Origin: Lepidodermella squamata
Lineage: Eukaryota > Animalia > Gastrotricha
Length of the DNA stretch: 64,000 nucleotides
Assembly: GCA_047495785.1 (NCBI GenBank)
Contig: JBLDXI010000007.1
Span: 2,170,001 to 2,234,000 of the forward strand
Direction of reading: 5' to 3'
The notes beneath the pieces were generated by a model, which saw nothing but the letters and a program-made list of their open reading frames with translations, was not told where the DNA came from and made no database searches. Position numbers and translations under genes: made by a program. Below are positions 40,914 through 54,889 of this stretch, one piece after another; within the stretch, counting starts at the first letter, position 1, and each line of letters opens with the position of its first letter.

Positions 40914-43819
40914 TTCAGCCGCATGTTCAGTCACGGCAAATGACAACAAACACGACCGGCCATGTCCGAAACTTTGCAACCAAAATTCCGAAAAATTCTT
41001 GTCTGCGATTCTTGAAATGGGCAATGGGCACGATTTGACCCGTGACTAAATGTCTCGTTCTCTCGTTAGAAATAACGCGAAAGTTTGGCGAATTTCGGCT
41101 GCAAAATTTACACGTCTAGGTACATCGGCTTAATTCTCGTCAACCCTTTGGCTCAAGGTTCGAACAAATAAGTTATGAATCACGCATATCTTGAACTTGG
41201 CATTTTTCGCGACTTTGTTGCCCTTAAAATTATGTTGGTGAATTTCTCAATTTACTTATTACTAATGTTAAGTCATGCCAGGATTCAAAGTTGTGATGGT
41301 CCCAAATCCCAGCTGGTTATGTTGGCATCTATAAACAGGATGCCGAGTGACATCATTGCAAGCTAATAGGTTCCATCTTCCATCTATCTCGACGTGATAA
41401 AAATGAACGTGCCAATTAGTGCGCCCACTCGGTATTTCCGGCTTTTTTGGCGGCCGGCTGGACTTTGAGCTTTAGTATTACGTGCGGCTGGTCGCGAGGC
41501 TTATGCAGTCGACGATTTGGTTTCAAATCGAGGGTGAAATAGAATAGGGAGAGAAGGCACCCAGCTTCAACATCTTTTTGTAATTGATAGATGATCCAGC
41601 CACCTTAATTTCATGGGGTAATTTTGGTAATTATTGCTTGCACTCGTGTGACCGTTCGATCTCGGACTTAACTCTTAATAAATAGATAAATGTAAAATAA
41701 TGGCTATAATAAAATAGCCATTTTACCGTTACCGATAGCGTTAAAATTGGCGACACACCCTTCGACGACAAAATTCGTTGAAAATAGTATATTTTTGCGA
41801 TGTGTTCGCTGAATATTATGTTTTCAGCTTCAGACGGGTGCCAAAAAGTCAGGCCGAGATTTGATTCGAGTGATTTTCAGTTGCCAGTTTGTACGAAATT
41901 GGCTGTTTGCGCAAGCGCCAATAAAATCCTGACGAGTTGAGTTGATTTTTTAGTTGAGTTAAAAATGGAAGCAGATCAACTCAATTCGAGACTGGAAAAT
42001 AAAGTATGCGAAATCTTTTTTTTTGCATCGCATTTTTCAATAACTTTATAGTCGCGAGGAATTTTTTGAAGCGGATTTCACCAGTCGATAGATCTAGTCT
42101 GCGGTAAACTTTCTTTAAATTTTCATTAGAAGGGGCTCCGAGAGAAAGAATTGATGACGAAAATGCAGTCCGCGATTTTTATCTGAAATCCTCATTTTTG
42201 ATAAATGCTATTTTTGCATCCGATGTGGCCTGAGTTAGTTGTCTCTCTTGCCAGACAATTGCCAGAGGCTTCAAGTTTTTTTGAGATAGATGGTCTGCGA
42301 TGGATCCAAATCGCCGATTCCTGAAAAAGCACTGTACGACTATCCAAAACTGAAGTAAAAAATCATCGAAGTTCGCTCCAAGTATCGACATGTGGACCAT
42401 GACGCGGGCTACCTGGACCATTAAAAAACTGCTTCAATTTCAATTTAAATGATCATGAAAATTATTTTTATTTGTAACTGCGAAGCCATTTTTTGTCAAT
42501 AACACCAGTTACAATTTGTTTGAAAATTTCAAAAAGATAATCAGCGGGTTCCTCGTGATTTCCTCTGTCTGGATCCATCAACCAAACCCTTGGGAAAATC
42601 GAAACCGTCATGGAACCAGCTAAAAACCAATCGAATATTTTGTTTACCTTGCCTCCGAGCGCTGATGAATCAGCTGACCATCTGGCGCCCATGGCGTAGC
42701 GCCCTTTTTCTCGTGAGTAAGCCGTCTATCTTAAATTATGTCTATGACTCTTTCCAACCACAAGATGTGCATGCGGCACACGCGCGTCAACAAAGGTTCT
42801 GAATTGAATCCGCTACCAACTACTCCAGATTTTTATAGTGGATGAATTCACCTTCGATTTTCAAAAATGTCCAGAAAATCGATAAAAATTCATCCAAGTT
42901 CGCTCCAAGTATCGAATTATAGAGCTCGATCTGTGCTACACGGACCACTAAAAAATTGCTTCAATTTCGGTTCAATTAGAGGTGTAAATTTATTCTAATT
43001 GCATCAGCGAAATTTAATTTCTTTAATTTCAGTGGTTCATATTGCTTCTAAAAATTTGGAAAAATAACCAGCGTGTTCGTTGTGATTTGGAACCATCACA
43101 AAATATTGGGAAATTTTTAAACCGTGATCGGAACCAGCAAAAAAAGAATCGAATATTTTATTTACTTGGCCTCCAAGCCTCTGATGAATCAGCTGACCAT
43201 CTGGCGCCCATGGTGTACACCTTTTTCCACGCTAGTGGGCGATCTCTACTGAATTATACATATCTATGGTTCTGCATCATCCACCATAGAAAATTGTTAA
43301 TACGTTTCAATGTTGAATTTTCTCATCGAAACGTTGATTTAGAGAAAATGTTTACAAAGAAAATCAGTTGCTTTGGCCGATGACACGCACAAATAAAATC
43401 CGGCAGTGCGGTCAGTTGGAGATGCCGAGAGTGTTGCGGGACATTTCCGGTTAGGGACATATATCCGGCCGCCAAAATCACCGGTAGTTACAAAAGTTTG
43501 CGCATCACTGATTTATTAGGAGATATTTCAGAATTACCTTACTTGATCCTACAGCAGCCCGGGCTAGCTACAATTTCAATCTCTAAATTTTGAGAAATTT
43601 GAAAATTAATTTTGAATCGTTCAATTTTAAGTTTTCGAACCAACTTATTGGAAAGCTGAGATGAAATTGCTGAGAATTGGCCCATAAATTAGCTGAAATT
43701 ATTGCCTGGTGCCAATTTAGATTTTACGGGCCATTCAGCAATATTCAGGATTATTTTTCATTTTTTTTAAATTTTATTATCCGAAGACATAGAGAATTCA
43801 GACTTTCTCAGTTTTACAG

Positions 43820-44336
43820 GAAATACTCTGGCGAGGAAAAGATGAGTCTATGCTGATTCGGATCGCACGGTTACCAAGTACAACGAGCCCTACTAACAAA
43901 TACCAAGCCTGCTCCGATTTCAATCGCAAATTCTTCGAAGAATCAGCCAACTTTACATCGAATTATCACTCCGCCCTATCGTTTCTGAATCGACGTGTTA
44001 CAACGGGCTATTCGCAGCCAGCGCCCCGGCCTTGGCGTCGCTGATTAAGGACGATAGAACCCATCGAATGGCTGTTCACATGTTGTTGCAATCCATTTAC
44101 CTCGAGCGACTCCTCGCCCGGCTGATTTGGCCCTGTTAGACGCGTTATTGCTACTACCTAGACTTCCCCGTACCAGGACGTGTGGATGGGCGGCCGGTCG
44201 GTCAGCCTGGTCGAACGGGCCGTTATCGAGCATAACCTGCTAGCAGTCATCTGAATCTATCAAAACATATCAGTTTCGCGCAATTCGGCATCGTGTTCGG
44301 CGGGGTTTCGCCAGAGTTGGCTAAAAAATGTGGCCG
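43820..44336 (+). pseudogene. COPS4: Second decayed COP9 signalosome subunit 4 fragment
   Basis: ALASLIKDDRTHRMAVHMLLQSIYLERLL and [12 protein letters not shown] match CSN4 [29 protein letters not shown] and [10 protein letters not shown]; duplicate of 28346-28905. Confidence 0.78.
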
Positions 44337-45190
44337 TTCAAATAAATTTGGAATATTTGGCATAATTTTTCGAAATTATTTTATTTTCTTCTGTAGCGGC
44401 GTAACTTGGCCGAATTTACATCAAAAAATTGATTTTTTTCCGAATTTTTTTTCGTAGGAACACTCCTGGCCTAATTCGAAAAGTAGTCTTCATTTTACAT
44501 TTTACATCGATTAGCAGAACCATCAGATAAAATTCGAGATTTTTAGCGTTAGCTATAAAATCTCTAAATTCTGGGATCTCGGAGTTTTCGCACACCGATT
44601 TTTCTCTTTTTGTATTTTGTAGGATTTCAAGCAGCATGACAATATTAATCAATCAACGAATTGATTATTGACAATAATGAAATAGTATACGCAAAATATT
44701 AATTATTTCGGAACCATTTTTTACCGTCGGGTCTATTGGATTTTTCCCGCTGAAATTATTCTTTTATCCGGTGAAATCCTAGATTATAGACATTGGAGAA
44801 CGCGTCAGGTAATTTCAATTGGTGTTTCATTGGTGTTTATTCAGCAACGTTTAAACGTATAGATTATTTTAGATAGCTCTCTGCCGAAATTAGGACGATG
44901 AAATTCGATTTAATTTTCGGGAAATAATCAAATTTTGTCACTTTTTTGCATTGCAGCAGCCGCCCTCTCGAGTAATGTTTAGCTGATTTGGATTATCGGT
45001 CAATTCTTAAACTATTTCTCTTTCAATGACTGATTTGAGATAATTTTTTGATGATAATAAAAAAATGTTGAAATGTTTTTTTCTAAAAGATTGAATTGAA
45101 AACAGGTTCGCGAGAAAAAATGGCGGCGTAGTTGAGGCGGTTCGAATAAAAAATTAAATCACGTGGGATGCTCGTGCCAGGAAGATCGCG

Positions 45191-46783
45191 AGTTTTTTCA
45201 CATTCCCTAGCCGAGCACATGGAGAGCTTATTAGGGAAGGAAGAAATAGCCAGTTAATATGGAGGTCATCCACGGCTTTTCAGTCTTTTCCCTCCCGGCT
45301 TGAAAACCGAGGAAAAAGCGAAAATTGTGTGTTTTTAGTCACTCTTATCTTGAAAAAACCCATGGCTGCACCATAGCTTTTTGTAGTCAAATAGGAGAAG
45401 GCACTGGGAGGAAGGTTTTAACAGGGAAAACAGCAGGAACCACCCCAACTTATCCACGACTTTTTCGTCCTGATTAGCACTCACTACGTCACACCCAACA
45501 CCTGGAAAATGCATGGCCTGGCGTCTTTTGGGGCATTGCTGCAAGAAAAAGCATGGGTTCAACCACAGTTTTTTCGCGTCCTTTAGTAGAGCACAACAAG
45601 ATCTTACTCAGGAAGTAAGAAATTGCCAGTAAATGCGGTGTTTATCCACGGTTTAAGAGTCTTTTCTCTCCACATCCGATTCAAGTCCGAATCGAAGAGA
45701 ACGTGAGGATTTTTCATCTTTCATGGCACTTATCTTGAAAAAACCCATGGCTGCACCATAAGTTTTTAAATTCAAACAGGAGAGGAGATTGAGAAGAAGG
45801 TTTTAAAAGAGAAAACAGCATGAACCACGACAACTTATCCACGACTTCTTCGCCCTGATGGGCAATCACATTTCAAGCTCAAAATCGAGTTTCAAAGCTG
45901 GGCAATTCCGAGACCTTACACAGCAGAGCCCTTATTTCACCTGTAACAAGTTGAATGAAGCGCATACTTCTTATAAAATAGCAAATATGCGGGTGCTACC
46001 ATGATTTGCGCTATCATTCGGTCCCAGACCGCGGTTACAAGACGGTAATTACTTCCTAGTATCTGGAATGTTGTTCGTATTCACAAAAACATTCATTTCA
46101 AGTTAATAAATTGATTTTGCTCATTCCTTTTGCGAATGCTCCTCATGGGGCGCTAATTGCTGGGCTCAAATTAGCTTCTTCTCAATCTCCTCTCCTGTTT
46201 GAATTTAAAAACTTATGGTGCAGCCATGGGTTTTTTCAAGATAAGTGCCATGAAAGATGAAAAATCCTCACGTTCTCTTCGATTCGGACTTGAATCGGAT
46301 GTGGAGAGAAAAGACTCTTAAACCATGGATAAACACCGCATTTACTGGCAATTTCTTACTTCCTGAGTAAGATCTTGTTGTGCTCTACTAAAGGACGCGA
46401 AAAAACTGTGGTTGAACCCATGCTTTTTCTTGCAGCAATGCCCCAAAAGACGCCAGGCCATGCATTTTCCAGGTGTTGGGTGTGACGTAGTGAGTGCTAA
46501 TCAGGACGAAAAAGTCGTGGATAAGTTGGGGTGGTTCCTGCTGTTTTCCCTGTTAAAACCTTCCTCCCAGTGCCTTCTCCTATTTGACTACAAAAAGCTA
46601 TGGTGCAGCCATGGGTTTTTTCAAGATAAGAGTGACTAAAAACACACAATTTTCGCTTTTTCCTCGGTTTTCAAGCCGGGAGGGAAAAGACTGAAAAGCC
46701 GTGGATGACCTCCATATTAACTGGCTATTTCTTCCTTCCCTAATAAGCTCTCCATGTGCTCGGCTAGGGAATGTGAAAAAACT
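45191..46783. repeat. Long inverted repeat: 609-bp near-identical arms with a 375-bp spacer
   Basis: 45191-45799 is the reverse complement of 46175-46783 (identical 75-aa ORFs on opposite strands); internal ~390-bp periodicity. Confidence 0.85.
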
Positions 46784-47808
46784 GTGGGTGAACCCATTTT
46801 ATTCCTCGCAGAAACGCCGCTAAAGTCGCCAGTGGGTGCATTTTTCCAAGGTTTTTACGCTTTCAGATCGCTTTCGGGTCGCCTAGCGGTGAAAAACCCA
46901 CGGTTACACATGCTTTTCTATCGATATCTTGATACTTTCGACAGTTCTCTACCAGGTAAGCAGAAGATTTCATGGTAACATCCACAAAAACGCATTATAT
47001 TTGTTGGTCATTTGTCCAGTACATTCATTTTTTTCACACAGAATGCGGGCTATAAGTATATCTTATAATATTATGCGCGCGTAGTACTTCTTATTGTGCG
47101 CAGTACTCTGTATAGGAATTTTTTTCTCGCTGGTCGCCTTTAGCGCAAAATCATCGACATGTATGCGCGCTTTTCAAAAAGATCCGCCATTATGACATTT
47201 TACGAAAATCGGCAAAAGAATTAAAACTTCAAGTTTCCAATAGGAGTTTCATCTCTGGTAACTCTATTCTCTATGATGATATCTTTTCAAGGATTGCAAT
47301 AAATATCAAGTTGAAACGGCATTATTTCAACCTCGATTTCTATATTTCCTATATTTAATAGACCCATATCATGATGTCCTGGTAGGAGTGTTCCATCACT
47401 AGGCGCTAAAAATTCCTCGGAGTTGATACTTACTAGCAAAAATGAACTCCAGCAGTCAAGTTTGTAGGGAGTTACTCCTCACTATTACACCGGCGAATTG
47501 GGTACGCCGGAGTGATTTTTATTTTATCATTTTTCCTTTTCATTTTGTCTTCGTCTCTGTACACGTACTCAATTGTTATTGTTGATTAATGAAGGAAAAG
47601 ATAAAATAAGAAAATGCACTATGCTATGCTAATAACTGAGCCAACCTCATAATTTGAAAATAAATGCGCAAGTGATACAAAATTTAACAAATGGGAAATG
47701 CGCAAGTAGGAAATGCGCAAGTGGGGTAGTTCTCTTTGTTTGCGTTACTTATTATGGGACACGCTGTATTATACGCAAAATGAATGTCTCGGTGTATTAT
47801 TTTGACAG

Positions 47809-49762
47809 ACTCAGCTCCGTGCAAAAACCCGGCAATCACATGCAAAAATGGGGGTTATCCTAATCCCAGCGTCAACTGCACAAAATGTTTGTGTCCGCCT
47901 GGCCTCGGCGGCGATTTTTGCGACATTTCATACCCGACGGATCCGGCAAACGGCTGTGTCGGCGAAATCTACGTCCCGCCTTGTACTACCGTTGATATCG
48001 CTAGCCCTAGCAATCAAAATTCGAGCTGTTCATGGATTGTTAAGACAGTAGGAATATTTTCCGTGTAAAACTTACTGCTACTTTTAGCTGCTAGGGTAAC
48101 ACAAGCGGACTAGTGTTTGGTTTCCTCGAACGGCCAGGACGACTGGAATATTACTGTCAGTGATTATACCAGATTTACTGAAAGCAAAATTTCCACACAT
48201 AATATTCTCCAGATCAGTTGGATTGTCTGAACTTTATTCTCATCAGAGATCTAGGACCCGAGGGTTATCCTGGATTCAGGTAACGTTGGCTGCGACAGAG
48301 CAACGTGCAGTTGAAGCTTTGCATTGTCAAATTTAGGTTCTGCCTGGTCACCCCATTTTCCGGACGCGCTTTCGTGACAAACAAGAATCAAGCCTTGGTG
48401 TTCTTCAACCTCCCTAAACCAGGCGGAAGCGCCACAGTCACAGTTTACGCAACGTGTCCAGGCGTAAAAGCGACCGAATTGAACCGGGAATGCGCAATCA
48501 CGAAGAACTTGGTCGACTATGAAGGCTCTCTTTCGAAAACAACTACTGGCGAATCTTGTTCGCGGTGGAATACCACGAATTCAGTTCGATACTATATGGT
48601 ACCTAGAGGCGATTTCGATGCTGCTGGAAATGCGTGCAGAAGTTCAGGTTACACTGGTTTGCAGTGCCTGGATTCTAGTGGCGCCTATGCCGAGTGCCAA
48701 GGCGTTGACAGCGTCAAAAGCTGTAGTAAGTTGAGGACACTATTTATTGTTTCTAACTTTTGCTATAATATCTGCAACGCAGACTGCAAGGCTGGGGTTT
48801 TTACCAAGTTCGAAATTAGTGCTCTTGCTATTCGCGAATGAACATTTCCAAGCAAAAAAAATTGGCTACGTTTTCAGAACCCCGTTTTCTTGTTTTTAAA
48901 TCCAAAATCTAGTCAGCTGGCATTTCCCTAACGTTTCTAGCTCGAATTATTTCGGTTGCTTGATCAAGAGTTCGCATTTCGGAAAAGTATGACAGACATT
49001 TTCCTTCAGGCAATGGTTGTTCGAATCCGAGGGCTTGACTGTTCTTAACACTAGAAATTCCAACTTGGAAAATCTACTTTCATCTGCTGATATGAGTTTA
49101 TTTATTCGCTAGCTAAATTGGTTTATCGATGCATCAATACGAAAACTGGGCAATTCGAAGCCTGCAGGCCGTACTGCCGTGAAGGCGAAACTCCGTTCAA
49201 GGAATGGAAAGCTCGTTATACGGACACCTGTGACAAAGGCGTGAGTTGATTTTCTTATTGCTAACAATCCCACCTAAAATGTCGTGTTTCAGAACGTAAG
49301 AAAATGCGTCAGCGGCTCAACTTTCCGATGCATTGCCGGCGATCAAGGCTGCCTGGCTAATGAGACAAAAATCGTAAGGAATTTTTATCTGAAAATCAAA
49401 CTTTATCGCTTAGCAACAATTTCTTAGTCGCCGCTGTTCAATGGTTTCGCGTATTTCGGTCGCAATCTCCTCGCCTGCAACCATCGAGCTGACCTTAATT
49501 GGGTACGTCTCGTACTAAATTTCGGAATTGCCTAAATAATTTTACGGTTTCGCGCTTGCAGAAATACGTTCGCTGTTATCGAAATGCTCCAAACAAGCCG
49601 TTTGTCGATTGTCGACGCGCCGATTTCGGCTGCCGCGCGCCATCCGAGGTTTTTTAGCCGTTGAAGGCTGAAGACTAAGCTAGAAACTTTTGTATTTTTC
49701 AGGTTTCCGATGGCCAGTCGCCGCCGTACTCGGATCCTAACCAATGCTACCAAGGTGTTTAG
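47809..49762 (+). pseudogene. Copy E: exons 6-14 only; promoter present but exons 1-5 replaced by repeat DNA
   Basis: D-like upstream sequence stops at 45190 and D-like intron 5 resumes at ~47490. The remaining EGF, CUB, kringle and tail exons have open frames and splice sites. Confidence 0.8.
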
Positions 49763-50489
49763 CTAAAACGCGGAACTTTGCTCAACTCCAAGTCGCGGAC
49801 CTGCTCATCCTAATTTACTTTGATGAAAATGTTTGAGAAACTTGCATTATAAATAATATCTTTCTCAAGTTTTGATCGCCTGTTATCTATATTTTTGCTC
49901 GAAGACTATTCCACTATTTAGAAATTGGTAGAACATAGTGGTATAAGCTTAAAAAGTTAATGTTGATGCATGTGATTTTTTCTTCGCGGACTAAAACCAT
50001 AAATAAATAAGGTTGCATATACAGCTCAGACAAATTTCAATCGGAAATAGTTTTCTTTCTCGCTATAGCATACCGACTAGCGATTGAGACGATCACGCGC
50101 TTTGAGCGTAAAAATTCCTGTTATTTTTTCAACGCTTTAGATTTGTTGCGGCAAGCTTTGGCTCATAATTGTACAGTTTGCTTTTCTGAAAATCGAATTT
50201 TAAATAGATTTTCCACAATCAAATAATTATTATAAAGTGTGCGCAAGCATTTTTTGCCTCGCACTTTTCAACCTTAAGTGATGCGCTGTTTTGACGCAGT
50301 TTTGAGCGAATTGAAGACCAGGTGTGGTCTGATTATTCCCTAAGAGCTTGTTTCAAAAAGATGTACCTCAAATAAGTTGTGCAAGAAATGCGTTTCGCCA
50401 TTTTTCATACTTTTTTCATTTTTGAAAAATGGAATTTTTGCATCCGATGTGGCCTGAGTTGATTGTATCTCTCGCCAGGTTTTGTTGAC

Positions 50490-53400
50490 GCACATTTCCG
50501 GGCCCGCCTATGTTTCGTCCGGGCGCGCGCACTGGTTGGCCGGCTGTTTCGACCAATGAGAGCGCGTAATCAGACCGCAGGCGCGCTGTTACGCCCTGCT
50601 CGATTGCGCGCGAGTATAATTACACACTTCACGGCCGCGCAGGCGAGGCCGCGCGGCAGTCGCGGTCGCAGTCTCGGCTGAATTTTTGGCGCAAAATTCA
50701 AATTCAAATTTTGGCGCCAATTTTGAGGTGAAAGAAAATTCAAAAGGAAAATTCGTCATTACTCGTGAATCGTGCTATAATATTGTTCAATAATGACTAA
50801 ACGCATTGCTGATCTGCCGCCTGACGTCGAGGCTATCTTGCCTGACGATGAACACCGTCTTCTTCACATCGTCACTAAATTCGAGCGGAAGAATGAGTCA
50901 TCGTGGATTCTGCATTTTCGAGCGCCTTTCAAGTCAAACGAATGGGGCAGGTTTTTGGCCGGTGTACAGCGTCGCAGTCGAGTTGATTTCAAAGCTAAGC
51001 CACACGGAACGACGAAACCTAAAGGCATCAAATTCATCGCGAAGGAAGAGCTTGTGTGTAATCACGCTGACCACGAGAGCGGTGTACACGACTCGCGCAG
51101 AAAATGCGCCGCGCCCGGCGAAAAGGCGAAAAAACGGCAAGTCACCTCAAGCGGCGCTGCTCCGAAAAGCAAAATAACCGATTGTACCGCATCGATCTCG
51201 CTTTCAGAAGTCGCACCACTGATCGACGACGGCACGCCAAAAAGTCGCGACGCAGCTCGAAAACGGCTGAGACGCGACCCGCTGATTACTTCGCACCCTA
51301 CCATCGTCCAAATCGAGTGGCAGCATGACCATAATATTGGAGTCTTGGCTGCGTTAAGGTGGCGAAATCACGCCGAGGGCGTTGATACGGCAATGTTTCG
51401 CCATCTACAAGCCGAAGGTACAGCATCTGCAGCAATGCAAGCTTATAATAATGAGCTGGAGGAGCTGTATCCGGAAATACCCTGGTTGCAGCTGTCGGCT
51501 GATCGCTCGCTCTGCCCAACGCGCAAAGATTGGTACCACTTCGCCGATAAATTACAAGTAAGCACACACGGCGATCGTAATGGAGAGTTAATGCGGTCGA
51601 AATTGAAGGAGTTAGCTGCGCAGCACTCGGAAACGTTTAGTTATCGCGAGACACTGGCGAAAAACGGCGAGCGGGTCTGGTGCTTGTTAGTTCGAACCCC
51701 GATGATGCGCCGTGTTTACGACACCGTTTCTGAAGCTCGGGACATCCTTTTTACCGATTCAACCGCCAGCTGCGATCTTGTAAACAGCTCTCTGACTTTG
51801 ATAGTCAGCGCGTCATCAGCAGGCGCCTTGCCAGTAGCCGCCGCAATTCATTCATCGCAGACCGTCGATTGTTACAAGTAAGTTGAATGAATTTTATTTT
51901 ATTTTTTATATTATATTTTTAGACATTTTTTTTTTAAATTTTATCCGAATTTTTTAATTTTAAATTATATCAAATTAAATTTTAAATTAATCTGCTAAAA
52001 AAACTGAATTTTACGGCGGAACTATTGTGCATTTTGACGTAGGGGGGAAATTTGCCGATGTGAAAATTTCTCAACCATTTTTTTAACTTGGGGCAATAAT
52101 AAATTGATTTTTGTTATTTAATTCAATTTATTGTTTTTTTTTTAACAGACTGGCGTTTGGCATGTTCAAACAAACCTTGAACGGTGTTGAGCCAAAGCTG
52201 TTCTTAACAGACGACAGCGATGCAGAGCGGGAGGCTTTACGCCTTGTCTTTGTCAATTCCACTGTGTTGCTATGCGCATTTCATATTCTCCAAGCCCTGT
52301 GGCGGTGGCTGACGAATAAAAAGCACAACATCGCTGCCGAAGACGCGCCGCTTTTGCTTCAACGTAAGTTCGGGAAATATTTAACGCGATTGAATTTTAA
52401 TTAGTTTTTTTCGCAGTGTTCCAAAATGTTGTTTTTGCACAAACCGAAAAAGAGTACGAAGCTGCACGTGGCGCTTTGCTCTATTCGCCGCTTACTCGAA
52501 AATACATCAATTGGCGACTACACATCCTTGCCCACCTACAGCGTTCTCGCCTTTTCGTGGCTGCGTTTCGCAATTCCTACTCGCATGGTCACATGACCAA
52601 CAACATCGTCGAAAGGTGAGCCCTTTATTTCTATTTTATATGCAACAATTTTCAATTATTTTTGCTTCATTTCAGATGCGTTGGCATTTTAAAAGACGTG
52701 GTGTTATGCCGTGTTCGCGCCTTTAACCCTGTCGCGCTTGCGCAATTTTTGAGCGAAAAATTTGATAATTTTTTTGCGAAAAAACTTCTTGACTTTGCGA
52801 ACGGTCGCAATGATTTGAAAACGGAATGGCTGCGCTACAAAGACGCGGCAATCGTCGAAATCGCCCAGAAAAACAGCGAAATCCAAGCATTCGATGTCAC
52901 GACTGCGAAGGGTGATAATTATGTTGTAAATTTGGCGGCGTGGCTGTGCAGTTGTCCTTATGGTCGAAATGGCCGGTTTTGTAAACATTTGGTAAGTAAA
53001 AATTTGGTTATTTTAATTTATAAATTTTAATTTTATTTTGAAAATTTTCGGAATTTTTTTATATTTTTATTAAATTTTTCTACGCTCGAATTTGTATAAA
53101 TTTATGAGATTAATTTTAATTTTTTAATTTTTTTAATATTCGCTCAGGTTCATGTCGCTGCTGCTAACAATGTTGCGCTGCCTACAAGCCGCATGGTCGT
53201 TGGAACTCCCGACGTTAAGAAACTCTTGGCGTATATTGCTGTCGGAATTTATTACGACGATGAACTTTTTCTCGGCCTGACTGAGGTCAACACCAGCGCG
53301 AACGAGAACGCTGCATCGTGTTCAGCTTTTGTTAACGTACCACCGTCCAGTGGCCTCGAAATCGCCGATAATAGCGAAACCAATGCTATTACTATTGAGC

Positions 53401-54188
53401 AAGAAACCGACGAGAATGCGGGAGAAGAAAACGACGACGGAACGAAATTCGCCGAAGAGTCACTCGTTAATTTCAGGTCCATGTGCGCTAAAGTGGAACG
53501 TCTCATCGCTGAAAACAAGTCGAATGGCGGGCTTTTGAAGCAAATGAATAAATTCAGCCATCGGCTATCAACCCTCGCAGATACCGGTGTCATGGCGATT
53601 GAGTCTTGGCTCGCCAGGGCCTTGATGAAGTCAGGCGGACATAATCGCGGGGCGCTTATTCATGTGCAGAGTACCGCGGTCGGCCGGCGGATGTTTAACG
53701 TCGGTGGCTCCAGGCCACATCGCGCCGGAAGGAAACCAAATGGGTATCGAGCGCCGAAAAACTACGCCATTCGCCCAAGAAATTTTCGTGAGAGAAACGG
53801 CATTCCGCCCACTCAGTGACTTGAGATTATCTCGTTGTGAGCAATAATTTAAAATAATTTGAATTCTGATTCAGTCGTTTCATAATTTTTAAATCGATGT
53901 ATTTAATCGTTACTTGTTTATAGCGCTTTCCATGACATTTGTTGTAAGCACTCAGCTCTGAAAGTATTTGAAATTTAGTTCTGATGATTGTTGAAATGAA
54001 ATAATTGGAATAAAGTCCTGTTCTGTCTCGTTTATTTGAGTGTCGCGCGCGGCGTTATGCAATGCAAAATGCGAGTGTGCGAGCGAGCGGCGGGCGGCGG
54101 CGGCGTAATAACGCGGTCTCATTGGTCGAAACAGCCGGCCAACCAGTGCGCGCGCCCGGACGAAACATAGGCGGGCCCGGAAATGTGC
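50490..54188 (+). mobile_element. Autonomous Mutator-like (MULE) DNA transposon
   Basis: Identical 72-bp TIRs (50490-50561, 54117-54188) beginning GCACATTTCCGGGCCCGCC; perfect 9-bp TSD TTTGTTGAC (50481-50489, 54189-54197). Confidence 0.95.
50793..53819 (+). CDS. MULE transposase with SWIM zinc finger, 828 aa, 5 exons
   Basis: Exons 50793-51877, 52149-52363, 52417-52615, 52676-52991, 53148-53819 (2487 nt, open). DDE residues in LFTDST, LTDDSDAE and TNNIVER; CAFH (CxxH); SWIM CSCPYGRNGRFCKH. Confidence 0.92.
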
Positions 54189-54889
54189 TTTGTTGACAGA
54201 TGGTCTGTGATGGATCCAAATCACCGATTCCCGAAGCAAAAATTGCACGACTCTCCGAAACTCGAGGTTTCATTAAATTGGCACGGATCAATCAAAAATT
54301 CTGCAAAATCATTCCCGATCTCGGTTGGTGGATAAGACCTTTTCTGAGGGCGCTAATTCAAATTTCCCTGTTGACGGCGCGTTATTGACCCAATTCCCAA
54401 CTAAGAAAATTTTCCAATATAAAGCCGTTTCACAGGAGGATGCCAATCAACCTCAAATCCTGTAAAATGTCATTTTTTAAAAATAGGAATTTTCGAAAAA
54501 GTCGCGGATTGCATTTTGGTCATCAATGTTCTCTCTCGAATCCCATTATACCGAAAATTTGAGGGAAGATTACCCCACACTAGATCTATCGACGGGCGAA
54601 ACCCGCATTGAAAAATTCCTCATGGTTATGGAGTTATTCAAAAAATCGGGGCAAAAAAGTTTTACGCATCATTTTTATTCCCGTTTCCGCCCATTCTTGA
54701 TTTCCCAAAATATGTTACGAATTAAACAACATTTTCATCGAATGCGCCTCTTTATTACGAATCTACCAGTATAAAATTTGTTATCCGATTTCCGATTTTT
54801 TCAATACAATATAAACCTCGGAAAAACAGGAAAAACACCGGCCGCTTAATGCTCAACTTGAAACAGTAAATTAATCGGCGGTGTGAAGA

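Noticed and set aside
45335-46639. Identical 75-aa ORFs on opposite strands
   Set aside because: By-product of the 609-bp inverted repeat; no recognisable protein features.
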